From positions 468,440 to 532,439 of the forward strand of contig CBDCCP010000003.1 of the NCBI GenBank assembly GCA_965214915.1: a stretch of DNA of 64,000 bases, in the 5' to 3' direction. Below the pieces are notes generated by a model. The model searched no databases. It was not told the DNA's origin and worked only from the letters and a program-made list of their open reading frames with translations. Positions 26,611 to 36,209 of the stretch are shown piece by piece (the first letter of the stretch is position 1; each line of letters begins with the position of its first letter). The translations under genes and the position numbers were made by a program. The stretch is from Bryobacterales bacterium (GTDB taxonomy: Bacteria; Acidobacteriota; Terriglobia; Bryobacterales; UBA6623).

Positions 26611-26658
26611 ATACAACATATTGCAGTTCAAGAATGAACGGCCTACAATATGCAGTGA
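26611..26658 (+). promoter_or_regulatory. Tandem NrdR-like boxes overlapping a sigma70-type promoter upstream of mraZ
   Basis: Box 1 ATACAACATATTGCAG (26611-26626); box 2 CTACAATATGCAGTGA (26643-26658); 32-bp offset. Promoter TTGCAG(26621)-N17-TACAAT(26644). Confidence 0.6.
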
Positions 26659-26693
26659 ATCGACAAAAAACTAAAAAAAATCGCTGCAGACCC

Positions 26694-26769
26694 TTGACAA
26701 CCTTTCGGCGGATATTCAGAATAGGTGGTCAAAAGTGGATTGAAGTGATCCACAGTGGTTTGAAAGTGG
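26694..26769 (+). promoter_or_regulatory. mraZ proximal promoter with MraZ-binding repeats
   Basis: TTGACA(26694)-N17-CAGAAT; GTGG/GTGA at 26725, 26735, 26745, 26755 and 26766 (10-11 bp period). Confidence 0.8.
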
Positions 26770-26811
26770 TCAAGCCGCTGCCGGACGCCAAGTCTCTACT
26801 TTTTGACGGGT

Positions 26812-27273
26812 ATGTTTCGAGGAACGCAGTCGGGCAACGTCGACGCCAAGGGCCGCCTGAAGGCCCCGGCATTGGTGCAGCGCCGGTTGAAAGAGCAATA
26901 CGCGAGCGGAGAAGTCTTCATCACGAGCCTGGACGGCGTGACCGTCAATGTTTTTCCTATCAAGGAGTGGGAAACCGTCGAGGCCAGATTAGCGGATAAA
27001 TCGACTGCCGGCAATCAGGCGCCGGCCGGCGCGGTCAAGAACAAGATTCTGTTTCAGGCGAACCGCTATGGGGCGGAGAATACCTTGGACAACCAGGGAC
27101 GCTTCCTCGTGCCTGCCGTGTTGCGGGACTCGGCAGGCATGAGGGGCGAAGTGAAGATTCAGTGGCAATCGAACCACATGGTTGTGCTGAGCGCGGCGAA
27201 CTACGACGCCGCGGCGGCGGCAAACGAGCTTTCCGCGGACGAGTTGGGGCATGCGGCGGATTACGGGTTCTAA
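26812..27273 (+). CDS. mraZ: Transcriptional regulator MraZ
   Basis: MFRGT...VDAKGRL..P and LDNQGRFLVP repeats; first gene of the dcw cluster. Confidence 0.93.
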   Translation: MFRGTQSGNVDAKGRLKAPALVQRRLKEQYASGEVFITSLDGVTVNVFPIKEWETVEARLADKSTAGNQAPAGAVKNKILFQANRYGAENTLDNQGRFLVPAVLRDSAGMRGEVKIQWQSNHMVVLSAANYDAAAAANELSADELGHAADYGF

Positions 27274-27284
27274 CGGGGCGCCGC

Positions 27285-28154
27285 ATGGGCCATTATCCCG
27301 TCATGTTGCAGGAAGCGGAGCAGTATCTCCGCGTCGTTCCGCACGGAACGTACTGCGACTGTACGGCAGGAGCCGGCGGATACGCCGCCATGATATTACG
27401 CCGTCTCGAAAGGGGGCGGCTGGTGTTGATCGACCGTGATCGGGAAGCGCTTGCCGCTTGCCGCGAACGGTTTGAGGAACGGGGAGAAAACGTGTCGTAT
27501 TATCACGGCAGCTACGGCGAGATCGCACAGGCGGTCAAGGACTATGCGCCGCTGGACGGAATCGTCGCGGACCTCGGCCTTTCGAGCCTGCAACTCGACG
27601 ACCCCGAACGGGGTTTCAGCTTTCGAGCCGAGGCCCCCCTGGATATGCGCATGGACCGCGGCCGGAGCCTGCGCGCCGAGCACATCGTTAACCAGTACGA
27701 CGAGACCGCTCTCGCCGACCTGATCTACCAACTGGGAGGCGAGCGCCGCAGCAGAAGAATCGCCGCGGCCATTGTCCGCGGGCGGCCGGTCAGAAACACG
27801 CGGCATCTGGCGGAGATCGTCGCGCGGGCCGCGGCTCAGCCTAAAAGACGGCGCATTCATCCGGCGACAAAGACGTTCCAGGCCTTGCGCATGGCGGTGA
27901 ACGACGAGCTTGGCGAGTTGCAGAAGCTGTTGGGCGCGGCGCCCGCGCTGCTCGCTCCGAATGGACGCTTCGTTGCGGTGAGCTTCCACAGCGGCGAAGA
28001 CAGGCTGGTGAAGCAATCGTTCCGCGGCGGCGGCGCCGCCGGGATTTATGAAGTTTTGACCAAGGGCGTGATTCGCCCCTCAGCGGATGAGGTCGGTAAA
28101 AATCCGCCCAGCCGCAGCGCCAAACTGCGGGCGGTTCGTCGAACGGACCGCTAA
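27285..28154 (+). CDS. rsmH: 16S rRNA m4C1402 methyltransferase
   Basis: HYPVML, DCTAGAGGY, DLGLSSLQLD..ERGFSF, HPATKTFQALR, SFHSGEDR, RSAKLR. Confidence 0.96.
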   Translation: MGHYPVMLQEAEQYLRVVPHGTYCDCTAGAGGYAAMILRRLERGRLVLIDRDREALAACRERFEERGENVSYYHGSYGEIAQAVKDYAPLDGIVADLGLSSLQLDDPERGFSFRAEAPLDMRMDRGRSLRAEHIVNQYDETALADLIYQLGGERRSRRIAAAIVRGRPVRNTRHLAEIVARAAAQPKRRRIHPATKTFQALRMAVNDELGELQKLLGAAPALLAPNGRFVAVSFHSGEDRLVKQSFRGGGAAGIYEVLTKGVIRPSADEVGKNPPSRSAKLRAVRRTDR

Positions 28155-29389
28155 GGAAACTCTGAACAAGCAGGCTATTGACTGGGATAATAAGGGGAGA
28201 GCAGCGGGCACGGGGAATAAGGGGGAGAGCGATGGCGCAGCGGACGTTTGCAGAATTGGAGTACGAGGGGAAGAAGAAGCAGACGAGGCGGGAGAAGTTT
28301 CTGGCACGGATGGAGGACTTGATTCCGTGGGAGCGCATGGAGGAGCGCATCCGCCCGTACTACCCCCAAGCGGGGCGGGGGCGGCGACCGTACGCGTTGG
28401 CGGTGATGCTGCGCGTGCATTGCGTGCAGTTGTTTTACAACGTGAGCGATCCGGGGATGGAGGACATGCTGTACGAGATCGAGTCGGTGCGGCGCTTCGT
28501 GGGCTTGCGTTTGGGGGATGCGCTGCCGGACGAGACGACGATTTTGAACTTTCGGCATCTGTTGGAGCGGCACGAGTTGGGCGGGAAGCTGATGGCGGAG
28601 ATCAACGCGCACTTGGCGGAGCAAGGCTTGCGGCTGCGGGAGGGGACGATTCTGGACGCGACGATCATCGCGGCGCCGAGTTCGACGAAGAACAAGAAGC
28701 GGAGTCGCGACCCACAGATGCATCAGACCAAGAAGGGGAATCAATGGTATTTCGGGATGAAGGCGCATATCGGCGTGGACGCCGAGACGGGGCTGACGCA
28801 TAGCGTGGCGGCGACGGCGGCGAACGTGGCGGATGTGACCCAAGGGCATGAGTTGCTGCACGGCGGGGAGCGGGAGGTGTGCGCGGATGCGGGTTACCAG
28901 GGGATCGACAAGCGCGCGGAGCATCGGGGGCGTAAGGTGCGCTGGCAAGTGGCCTTGAAGGCTGGGCAGCGGCGGCGCTTGGCGGCGGGCAGCGCGGAGG
29001 CGCGGGCGGAGCGGCGCAAGGCAGAGGTGCGGGCCAAGGTGGAGCACCCGTTTCTGTACGTGAAGCGGCACTTTGGCTACGCCAAGGTGCGCTATCGCGG
29101 CTTGGCCAAGAACCGGGAGCGGATCAGTCTGCTGTTGGGCTTCGCCAATCTGCTGCTTGCCGGGCGCTACGCGACGGCCTGAGCGCCACAATACAGGAGT
29201 CGTGCGTCCATGCCGGCGCCAAGCCGCAGAAGCGGAGTCGAAGCCGTCGCTGCGGGGTCAAAAATTGGCGTTGCGCAGTCAAAATCGGCAGGATTCAGCC
29301 GCAAAATTCGCCGGCAGCCCGGCTGCAACCGCTCCTTACGGACAACTTCAACCAGCCAACGCGCCAAAACCACTTTATTCAGACTTTCC
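28155..29389 (+). mobile_element. Complete IS5-family (IS5 subgroup) element, 1235 bp
   Basis: TIRs GGAAACTCTGAACAA and TTATTCAGACTTTCC; 4-bp TSD CTAA at 28151-28154 and 29390-29393. Confidence 0.95.
28232..29182 (+). CDS. IS5 DDE transposase
   Basis: LPDETTILNFRHLLE, ILDATII, WYFGMKAHIGVD, ADAGYQG, RAKVEHPF, RYRGLAKN. Confidence 0.96.
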   Translation: MAQRTFAELEYEGKKKQTRREKFLARMEDLIPWERMEERIRPYYPQAGRGRRPYALAVMLRVHCVQLFYNVSDPGMEDMLYEIESVRRFVGLRLGDALPDETTILNFRHLLERHELGGKLMAEINAHLAEQGLRLREGTILDATIIAAPSSTKNKKRSRDPQMHQTKKGNQWYFGMKAHIGVDAETGLTHSVAATAANVADVTQGHELLHGGEREVCADAGYQGIDKRAEHRGRKVRWQVALKAGQRRRLAAGSAEARAERRKAEVRAKVEHPFLYVKRHFGYAKVRYRGLAKNRERISLLLGFANLLLAGRYATA

Positions 29390-29439
29390 CTAAACAAGGC
29401 CATTTGATCGATAGAGATTGTGACGCAATGGAGGAGCAT

Positions 29440-29967
29440 ATGCTACCGAGAGAGTCTGCGCCCGAGGCGCCGTCGAACAAACAGGTCAATGGGTTTACCT
29501 ACGACGGCGTCCGGGCCGGGCGCAATATTCGAGCCGGACTCTCTCGGCGAGCCGCGTGTACGCGGCCTCTGCCGCTGGAGGACGTGGCTTTTTTCATCAA
29601 GCAGATCGACAACGACAGAGTGGAATATCGGTACGATCCGGCCGATAAACGCTCGCTGCGAGGCTTTGTGGGCTTTGGCTTGGCGGCGGCGCTGATTTTA
29701 TTGATCGGGTACGGGCCGCGCGCCTGGGTTCGGCAGTCCGGGTATCGGACGGCCGCGCTCAGCCGGCAGGTCGAAGAATTGAAGATGGTGCAGGGTCAGC
29801 TTACCGTGCGTCAGGGTCAGTTGGGCGATCTGCGGCGGGTGGCGGATCTGGCGGCGAAAGAAGGATTTGTCGAACCCAAGCCCGAAGATTACGCTTGGCA
29901 GGACCGCACGGTTCCGCCGGCGAATGCGGATAATGCGCTGGCGCAGTTACTGATGGAAGGCGATTGA
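29440..29967 (+). CDS. ftsL: FtsL-like cell division protein
   Basis: Lies between rsmH and ftsI; KQIDNDRV motif, one TM segment, coiled coil; GGAGGAG RBS. Confidence 0.65.
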   Translation: MLPRESAPEAPSNKQVNGFTYDGVRAGRNIRAGLSRRAACTRPLPLEDVAFFIKQIDNDRVEYRYDPADKRSLRGFVGFGLAAALILLIGYGPRAWVRQSGYRTAALSRQVEELKMVQGQLTVRQGQLGDLRRVADLAAKEGFVEPKPEDYAWQDRTVPPANADNALAQLLMEGD

Positions 29968-30030
29968 TCGGATATTCCCGCGGCGGCGTCCATCCGCGGG
30001 GAGCGTGGATATATGCATTGAAGCGAGTCG

Positions 30031-32223
30031 ATGGCAAAGTTCGGGCAGAGAATAAGCGGTACGCCGGCAGAAGACGACTTGCAGGCGCGCGCCGCCGCTG
30101 CGAACCGCCGGCGGTTGATTCGCATCTACTTTTTCGGTCTGGCCGCGTCGCTTTGGTTCAGCCTCCTGGTCGTGCGCCTTTGGGACTTTCAAGTCCGCCA
30201 AACCGACCGCTTGACCGCGAAAGCAGCCAACCAACAAGAGGGAGAAGTGGATATCCGCGCCGACCGCGGCATGATCTACGACCGCACCGGCGCGGAGTTG
30301 GCGCTGAGCACCCCGGTTCAGTCGATCGGCGTTTTCCCCAAGAGAATTGCGAATCCGCAAGTCGCCGCGGGCATGCTGGCCGACATTCTGCAAATCGACG
30401 AAGCGGAGCTTCGGCGGAAGTTTACGAGCCGGCGGTTTCAGTGGGTCAAGCGGCTCGCCAACCCCACCGAGGTCGAACGGGTGCGGCAATTGGGCATCAA
30501 GGCGCTGCACTTCGAAGAGGAAGGCAAGCGCTATTACCCGAAGGGTTCGGTGGCCGCTCAGGTAATCGGCGCAGTCGGCGTGGACCACGACGGCCAGTCG
30601 GGGCTGGAGTTCTATTTCGACAAGCAATTGCGCGGCACGGACGGCGTCGGTCTGTTGCAATACGATGCGCGGCGGCAGTATTACAAGCGCCAGGAACTGC
30701 GCGCGCCGATCTCCGGCGACAATCTGCTGCTGACGCTCGACCTGCGCATACAGAGTCTCGCCGAGCTCGAGCTCAAGCGCGCCGTCACAAGCTCGCTGTC
30801 TCGCGCGGGAACAATCGTGCTGATGCGGCCGGAGTCGGGCGAAATCCTGGCTATGGCGAACTGGCCGCCGTTCGATCCGAATCGGATCGCCCGAACGCAG
30901 CAAGACCTCGAGAAGCGCAAGAATTTCGCCGTCAGCCACATGATCGAGCCCGGCTCGACTTTCAAGATCGTGACCGCCGCGGCGGCGATCGAGGAGGGGG
31001 CGGCAAACCCGAACGACGTTTTCGACTGCGAGATGGGCGGCATCAACATCGGCCGCCGCCGGATTCGCGATCACAAACCCTTCGGACTGCTGACGTTGGC
31101 CGACGTGCTTGCGAAATCGAGCAATGTCGGCATTATCAAGGTGGGCATGCGTGTCGGCAGCGACACCATGCACCGCTATCTCACGCGATTCGGATTCGGC
31201 CGATTCACGAACATAACCTTGCCGGGAGAAACCGGCGGGCTTGTCCGTCCGCTCAATCGCTGGCATTCTGATTCGCTCGCCTCGGTTTCGATGGGGCAGG
31301 AAGTCGGCGTCACGGCGCTGCAGATGGCGCGTCTGTTCGCGGTCGTTGCCAACGACGGCTACTTGGTGCAGCCGCGCATCGTCGCAGCGGTCCGGGACCA
31401 CCGCGGAGTAACGACTCCTTTCGAGCATGCGTCGAAAGTGCGCGTGCTCAGCTCGAACACCGCGACCACGATGCGGGCCATCCTGGAACGCGTAGTGGCT
31501 TCCGGAACAGGCCGCCTGGCGCAAATCCCCGGCTACCGCGTCGCCGGCAAGACCGGCACCGCACAGATGATCAATCCCCAAACGCGCTCTTATAAAGACG
31601 GCACCTATGTCGCGAGTTTCTGCGGATTTGCGCCGGTCAACGACCCTGCCGTGGTGGGGGTGATCGTGCTCGATGCTCCGCAGGGCAGGGAATACTACGG
31701 CGGCAGGATATCCGCTCCCGTATTCCCGAGAGTCGTGCAGCAAGCCCTGCGCTATCTGGATGTTGCGCCGGGGCATTCGCAAGACCGCAAAGTCGGCCGG
31801 CCGCCGAAAATTCCCGACCATCTACTGGCGGACTTCATTGCGGAGGACGAGGCCGAAGGGCTGGCCACAGACGCGGACGGCCACATCCTGGTGGCGTCGC
31901 AAGGGGCGGCCGGCGGCCGCGCGGCGCCGGCCGCGGACAGCGGCGATTCCCCGCAGGAGTCGAAGGTTGCAGTGCGGGTTACCGATCTGACGGCCCCGGA
32001 TTTTCGCGGGATGTCGATGCGCGAAGTCCTCAAGCTGGCCACAAAGATGGGCATTGCCCTCGATGTCGAAGGACACGGTCTCGTGCTGCATCAATCGCCA
32101 AGCCCGGACACGCCTCTGACGCGCGGGTCGGTGGTCAAGGTTCTTTTGGCGCGCGCGCTCCCGGCGAGAAGCACGCAACCCGCGGCAGCGGCGCGCAACG
32201 CGGAGACGAGCGGCGGGGGATGA
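30031..32223 (+). CDS. ftsI: Septal penicillin-binding transpeptidase with PASTA domain
   Basis: RGMIYDR, EPGSTFK (SxxK), SSN, KTGT, C-terminal PASTA. Confidence 0.93.
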   Translation: MAKFGQRISGTPAEDDLQARAAAANRRRLIRIYFFGLAASLWFSLLVVRLWDFQVRQTDRLTAKAANQQEGEVDIRADRGMIYDRTGAELALSTPVQSIGVFPKRIANPQVAAGMLADILQIDEAELRRKFTSRRFQWVKRLANPTEVERVRQLGIKALHFEEEGKRYYPKGSVAAQVIGAVGVDHDGQSGLEFYFDKQLRGTDGVGLLQYDARRQYYKRQELRAPISGDNLLLTLDLRIQSLAELELKRAVTSSLSRAGTIVLMRPESGEILAMANWPPFDPNRIARTQQDLEKRKNFAVSHMIEPGSTFKIVTAAAAIEEGAANPNDVFDCEMGGINIGRRRIRDHKPFGLLTLADVLAKSSNVGIIKVGMRVGSDTMHRYLTRFGFGRFTNITLPGETGGLVRPLNRWHSDSLASVSMGQEVGVTALQMARLFAVVANDGYLVQPRIVAAVRDHRGVTTPFEHASKVRVLSSNTATTMRAILERVVASGTGRLAQIPGYRVAGKTGTAQMINPQTRSYKDGTYVASFCGFAPVNDPAVVGVIVLDAPQGREYYGGRISAPVFPRVVQQALRYLDVAPGHSQDRKVGRPPKIPDHLLADFIAEDEAEGLATDADGHILVASQGAAGGRAAPAADSGDSPQESKVAVRVTDLTAPDFRGMSMREVLKLATKMGIALDVEGHGLVLHQSPSPDTPLTRGSVVKVLLARALPARSTQPAAAARNAETSGGG

Positions 32224-33701
32224 GGCTCAACGAAATGCTTGCAGGCGTATCGATCGGCAAAGTTCCGCCCTTGCACGTGGCTGGGATGCAATACGATTCG
32301 CGGAAGATACAGGCGGGCGACGCTTTCTTCCCGTTCCCCGGCGAGCGCGTCGACGGACACCGATTCGTGGCGCAAGCAGTCGCCGCGGGCGCCGGGGCGA
32401 TTGTGAGCGAGCGGCCTGCCGGAAAAGGTTTAGAAGACCGCTGGGCAACGGTGCGGCACGGGCGCCGGGCGCTGGCGTCGGCCGCGCTGCGCTTTTATCG
32501 GCGGCCCGACCGAAGCCTGAAGCTGACGGGGGTCACCGGCACCAACGGGAAGACCACAACCGTATATCTGATCGACTCGCTCTTGCGCTCGGCGGGAAAG
32601 ACCACGGCGCGGCTCGGAACGATCGAGCACCGCATTGGAGATCGAGCCGTGCCGGCGGTCAATACGACGCCCGAATCGCTGGACGTCATCCGCTTCCTGG
32701 CCGAGTTGCGCAATATCGGCGGCTCGCACGCAACGATGGAAGTTTCCTCGCACGGCCTCGAGATCGGCAGAGTGTTCGGTATGGACTTCCATGCGGCGGT
32801 CTTCACGAACCTGTCGCAAGACCACCTGGATTTTCACGGCGACATGCGCAGCTATGCGGCCGCCAAGCGGCGGCTGTTCGCGGGGGCCGGAGGGGCGGTC
32901 CCGCAATTCGCAGTGATCAATATGGAGGACGAATTGGGCCGAGACTTGCTGCGCGGCAGTAAATCCCAAAAGCTGTCGTACGGGCGAACGCCTGCCGCGG
33001 ACGTAGCGGCAAGCGCTGTCGAGGCCGGGTTCGAAGGCGTCAAGTTCAGAGCCGAAACGCCGGCCGGCAAGATCCGGGTCGAGTCGCGGCTGCACGGCGA
33101 GTTCAATGTCGGCAATATCCTGGCGGCGATAGCGGCGGCCCTGACGCACGGGGTTTCCCGCGAGCAAATCGAGCGCGGACTGCGCGAAACGCCGGCCGTG
33201 CCCGGCCGCTTCGAGACCGTCGACCAGGGACAGCCGTTCCTCGTGGTCGTCGACTATGCGCACACCGCCGACGCGTTGAAGAGGCTGATCGAGTCGGCGC
33301 GAGCCCTTCTGTCGAGGCGGGGCGGAGCCGGGAGGATATTGACGCTGTTCGGCTGCGGCGGCGACCGCGACCGCGCGAAGCGCCCCGTCATGGGCCGCGC
33401 CGCGGGGGAGTTGAGCGACTGGGTCATGCTGACATCCGACAACCCGCGGACGGAAGACGCGGCGCGGATCATTCACGACGCGGAAGCGGGGCTGCGGGAA
33501 AGATCGGCGGCATACGCCGTCGAACCGGACCGGGCGGCGGCAATCGCAACCGTCTTGAGACAAGCGCGTCCAAGGGACATCGTACTCATCGCGGGCAAGG
33601 GCCATGAGGCGTACCAGGATGTCGGCGGCGTCAAGCTGCCGTTCGACGACCGGGAAACGGCGCGCCAAGCGCTGCGTGCATTGGGGTACGGGCGGAAGTG
33701 A
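32220..33701 (+). CDS. murE: UDP-MurNAc-tripeptide ligase
   Basis: GVTGTNGKTT, MEVSSH, DYAHT, DNPR, AGKGHE. Confidence 0.97.
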   Translation: MRLNEMLAGVSIGKVPPLHVAGMQYDSRKIQAGDAFFPFPGERVDGHRFVAQAVAAGAGAIVSERPAGKGLEDRWATVRHGRRALASAALRFYRRPDRSLKLTGVTGTNGKTTTVYLIDSLLRSAGKTTARLGTIEHRIGDRAVPAVNTTPESLDVIRFLAELRNIGGSHATMEVSSHGLEIGRVFGMDFHAAVFTNLSQDHLDFHGDMRSYAAAKRRLFAGAGGAVPQFAVINMEDELGRDLLRGSKSQKLSYGRTPAADVAASAVEAGFEGVKFRAETPAGKIRVESRLHGEFNVGNILAAIAAALTHGVSREQIERGLRETPAVPGRFETVDQGQPFLVVVDYAHTADALKRLIESARALLSRRGGAGRILTLFGCGGDRDRAKRPVMGRAAGELSDWVMLTSDNPRTEDAARIIHDAEAGLRERSAAYAVEPDRAAAIATVLRQARPRDIVLIAGKGHEAYQDVGGVKLPFDDRETARQALRALGYGRK

Positions 33702-35074
33702 AGCTATCCCTGGCTCAGATCGGAGAGTGGCTGGACGCCAAGCCGGGCGCCGTCGAGCCGACGGCGGCTGCGACGGGCTATTCGATCGATTCGCGGACGG
33801 TGCGGCCGGGCGATTTGTTCTTCGCCATCCGCGGGCCGAATCACGACGGCCACGACTACGTCGAGCAGGCGCTTGCCGCGGGAGCGGTCGCCGCTGTCGT
33901 CGAGGCCGGCCGGCGGCCGGGCCGCAGCGGCGCTGCGATTCGCGTTGCCGATCCGGCGGAGGCGCTGCGCCGGCTGGCAAGCGCGGCGCGGCGTCATTGG
34001 GGCGGGTCCGCGGTTGCCGTCACCGGCAGCAACGGGAAGACGACAACCAAAGAAATCACCGCTGCTCTGCTGGGCGAAGCATTCCCTGTCGCGAAGACGG
34101 CCGGCAATCTGAACAACGAACTGGGGCTGCCGCTTTCGATCCTGAGGATCGCAGACCGCGCCCGCATAGCCGTGCTCGAATTGGGCATGAATCACCCCGG
34201 CGAGATTCGCCGCCTGGCCGAGATTGCCCAACCCGACGTCGGGGTTGTGACCAACGTCAGCGCGGCCCACGTGGGCCACTTCGATTCGGTCGCCGGCGTG
34301 GCCGCGGCGAAACGGGAGTTGATCGAATCGCTCGATGCCGGCGGCGCGGCGGTGCTCAACGCGGACGACGAGCGCGTTGCCGCCTTCCGTGCGGCGCATG
34401 CGGGCCGCACGGTCACCTTCGGCATCGAGCGGCCGGCGGATGTCCGCGCCGGCGATCTCGTCGATCTGGGCGCCGCCGGGATTCGTTTCCGCGTGGAGGG
34501 CTGCCTGTTCGAAACCGCGCTCGCCGGACGCCACAACGTTTACAACATCCTTGCGGCTCTGGCCGCGGCGCAGTCGTTCGGGCTTGAGTTGCTGGCGCTG
34601 GCCGAGGCGGTCCGCCGGTTGCATCCCGTCGGCATGCGCGGCGAGATTCGGCGGATCGGCGGAGTGACGGTCATCGACGATTGCTACAACGCGAACCCGG
34701 CGGCCATGCGGGCGATGCTGGAAGTGCTCAGGAACACTCCGGCGCGGCGGCGCATCGCCGTTCTGGGCGAAATGCGCGAGCTGGGCGCGCAGTCGAAGGC
34801 GCTGCACCGCGGCATCGGCAAGGCAGCCGGCGCGGCCGGAATCGACCGCCTGCTCGCGGTCGGCGGCGACGCCTCTCAAATTGCCGCGGCCGCCGGTTTC
34901 CCGGCCGAATTTTACGAGACGCCGGAGTCGGCCGGCGCAGCGCTGGCGGAAGACCTCTCTCCCGGCGACGCCGTGCTCTTGAAGGGTTCCCGCGGGATTG
35001 CCCTCGAGCGCGCCAGAAACCTGATCTTCGAGGCGGCAGGCGCAGCGGAAACGCTCGCGGAAAAGGGCGGCTAG
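33698..35074 (+). CDS. murF: UDP-MurNAc-pentapeptide ligase
   Basis: TGSNGKTTTKE, ELGMNH, DCYNANP, KGSRG. Confidence 0.97.
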   Translation: MKLSLAQIGEWLDAKPGAVEPTAAATGYSIDSRTVRPGDLFFAIRGPNHDGHDYVEQALAAGAVAAVVEAGRRPGRSGAAIRVADPAEALRRLASAARRHWGGSAVAVTGSNGKTTTKEITAALLGEAFPVAKTAGNLNNELGLPLSILRIADRARIAVLELGMNHPGEIRRLAEIAQPDVGVVTNVSAAHVGHFDSVAGVAAAKRELIESLDAGGAAVLNADDERVAAFRAAHAGRTVTFGIERPADVRAGDLVDLGAAGIRFRVEGCLFETALAGRHNVYNILAALAAAQSFGLELLALAEAVRRLHPVGMRGEIRRIGGVTVIDDCYNANPAAMRAMLEVLRNTPARRRIAVLGEMRELGAQSKALHRGIGKAAGAAGIDRLLAVGGDASQIAAAAGFPAEFYETPESAGAALAEDLSPGDAVLLKGSRGIALERARNLIFEAAGAAETLAEKGG

Positions 35075-35078
35075 CATC

Positions 35079-36209
35079 GTGCTTTATCACCTCCTGTACG
35101 AGCAGTTGTTCGAGTACTTCAGCCCGTTGCGGGTGTTCGGCTACATCACCGTCCGCACCGCGCTGGCAAGCTTCATGGCGCTCGGCCTGGGGCTGGCGAT
35201 AGGGCCGTGGTTCATCCGGCGGCTGCGCGCGGCGCAGATCGGCCAATACATTCGCGGCGAGGGTCCCGCATCGCATCGGCAGAAGGCCGGCACGCCCACG
35301 ATGGGCGGGTTGTTGCTCAACGTGTCCATCGTTCTGCCGACGATCCTTTGGGCGGACCTGAGCAACACCTATATCTGGATCGCCTTATTCGCACTGACCG
35401 GTTTCGCGGCGATCGGACTGTTGGACGACTATCTGAAAGTCAGCAAGCAACGCAACCTCGGACTCTCTTCGCGGACCAAGATGGGTTTGCAGGCGCTGAT
35501 GACTCTGGCCATCGGCGGCATTCTGATCCGGCTGTACCAGAGCGGCTTGTACGACATGACGATCACGCTGCCGTTCTTGAAGGACGTTCGGCCGAATCCG
35601 GTAATCGAGTCGTTGACCGACGGCTTCATGTTCCCCTTTGCTTTCATTCTGTTTTTCGGATTTCTGTTTTTCGTGTTGGTCGGCACCAGCAACGCCGTCA
35701 ATCTTACGGACGGACTCGACGGGCTCGCCATCGGGCTGACGATCATCTGCGTCGGCGCGTTGACGCTGCTGGTGTACATCGCCGGACACCGCGAGATTTC
35801 GCAGTATCTCGATGTTCCGGGCGTGCCGCCGGCGGGCGAGCTGACCGTCTTTTGCGGGGCTATCGTCGGGGCCAGCCTGGCCTTTCTCTGGTACAACGCC
35901 CACCCGGCCGAAATTTTCATGGGCGACGTGGGCTCGCTCGGCCTGGGCGGCGCCATTGGAACGGTCGCCGTGCTGGTGAAGCAGGAAATCGTCCTGCTGT
36001 TCATCGGCGGGGTCTTCGCCGCGGAAACGCTGTCGGTGATCTTGCAGGTAACCAGCTTCAAGACAACCGGGAAGCGCGTATTTCGCATGGCGCCGTTGCA
36101 CCATCATTTCGAGCAGTTGGGTTGGCCGGAGTCGAAGGTGATCGCGCGTTTTTGGATCGCCGGGTTCGTTTGGGCCTTGTTGGCCTTGAGTACGCTGAAA
36201 TTACGATGA
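35079..36209 (+). CDS. mraY: Phospho-MurNAc-pentapeptide transferase
   Basis: KAGTPTMGG, DDYLK, NAVNLTDGLDGL, FMGDVGS, MAPLHHHFE. Confidence 0.97.
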   Translation: MLYHLLYEQLFEYFSPLRVFGYITVRTALASFMALGLGLAIGPWFIRRLRAAQIGQYIRGEGPASHRQKAGTPTMGGLLLNVSIVLPTILWADLSNTYIWIALFALTGFAAIGLLDDYLKVSKQRNLGLSSRTKMGLQALMTLAIGGILIRLYQSGLYDMTITLPFLKDVRPNPVIESLTDGFMFPFAFILFFGFLFFVLVGTSNAVNLTDGLDGLAIGLTIICVGALTLLVYIAGHREISQYLDVPGVPPAGELTVFCGAIVGASLAFLWYNAHPAEIFMGDVGSLGLGGAIGTVAVLVKQEIVLLFIGGVFAAETLSVILQVTSFKTTGKRVFRMAPLHHHFEQLGWPESKVIARFWIAGFVWALLALSTLKLR

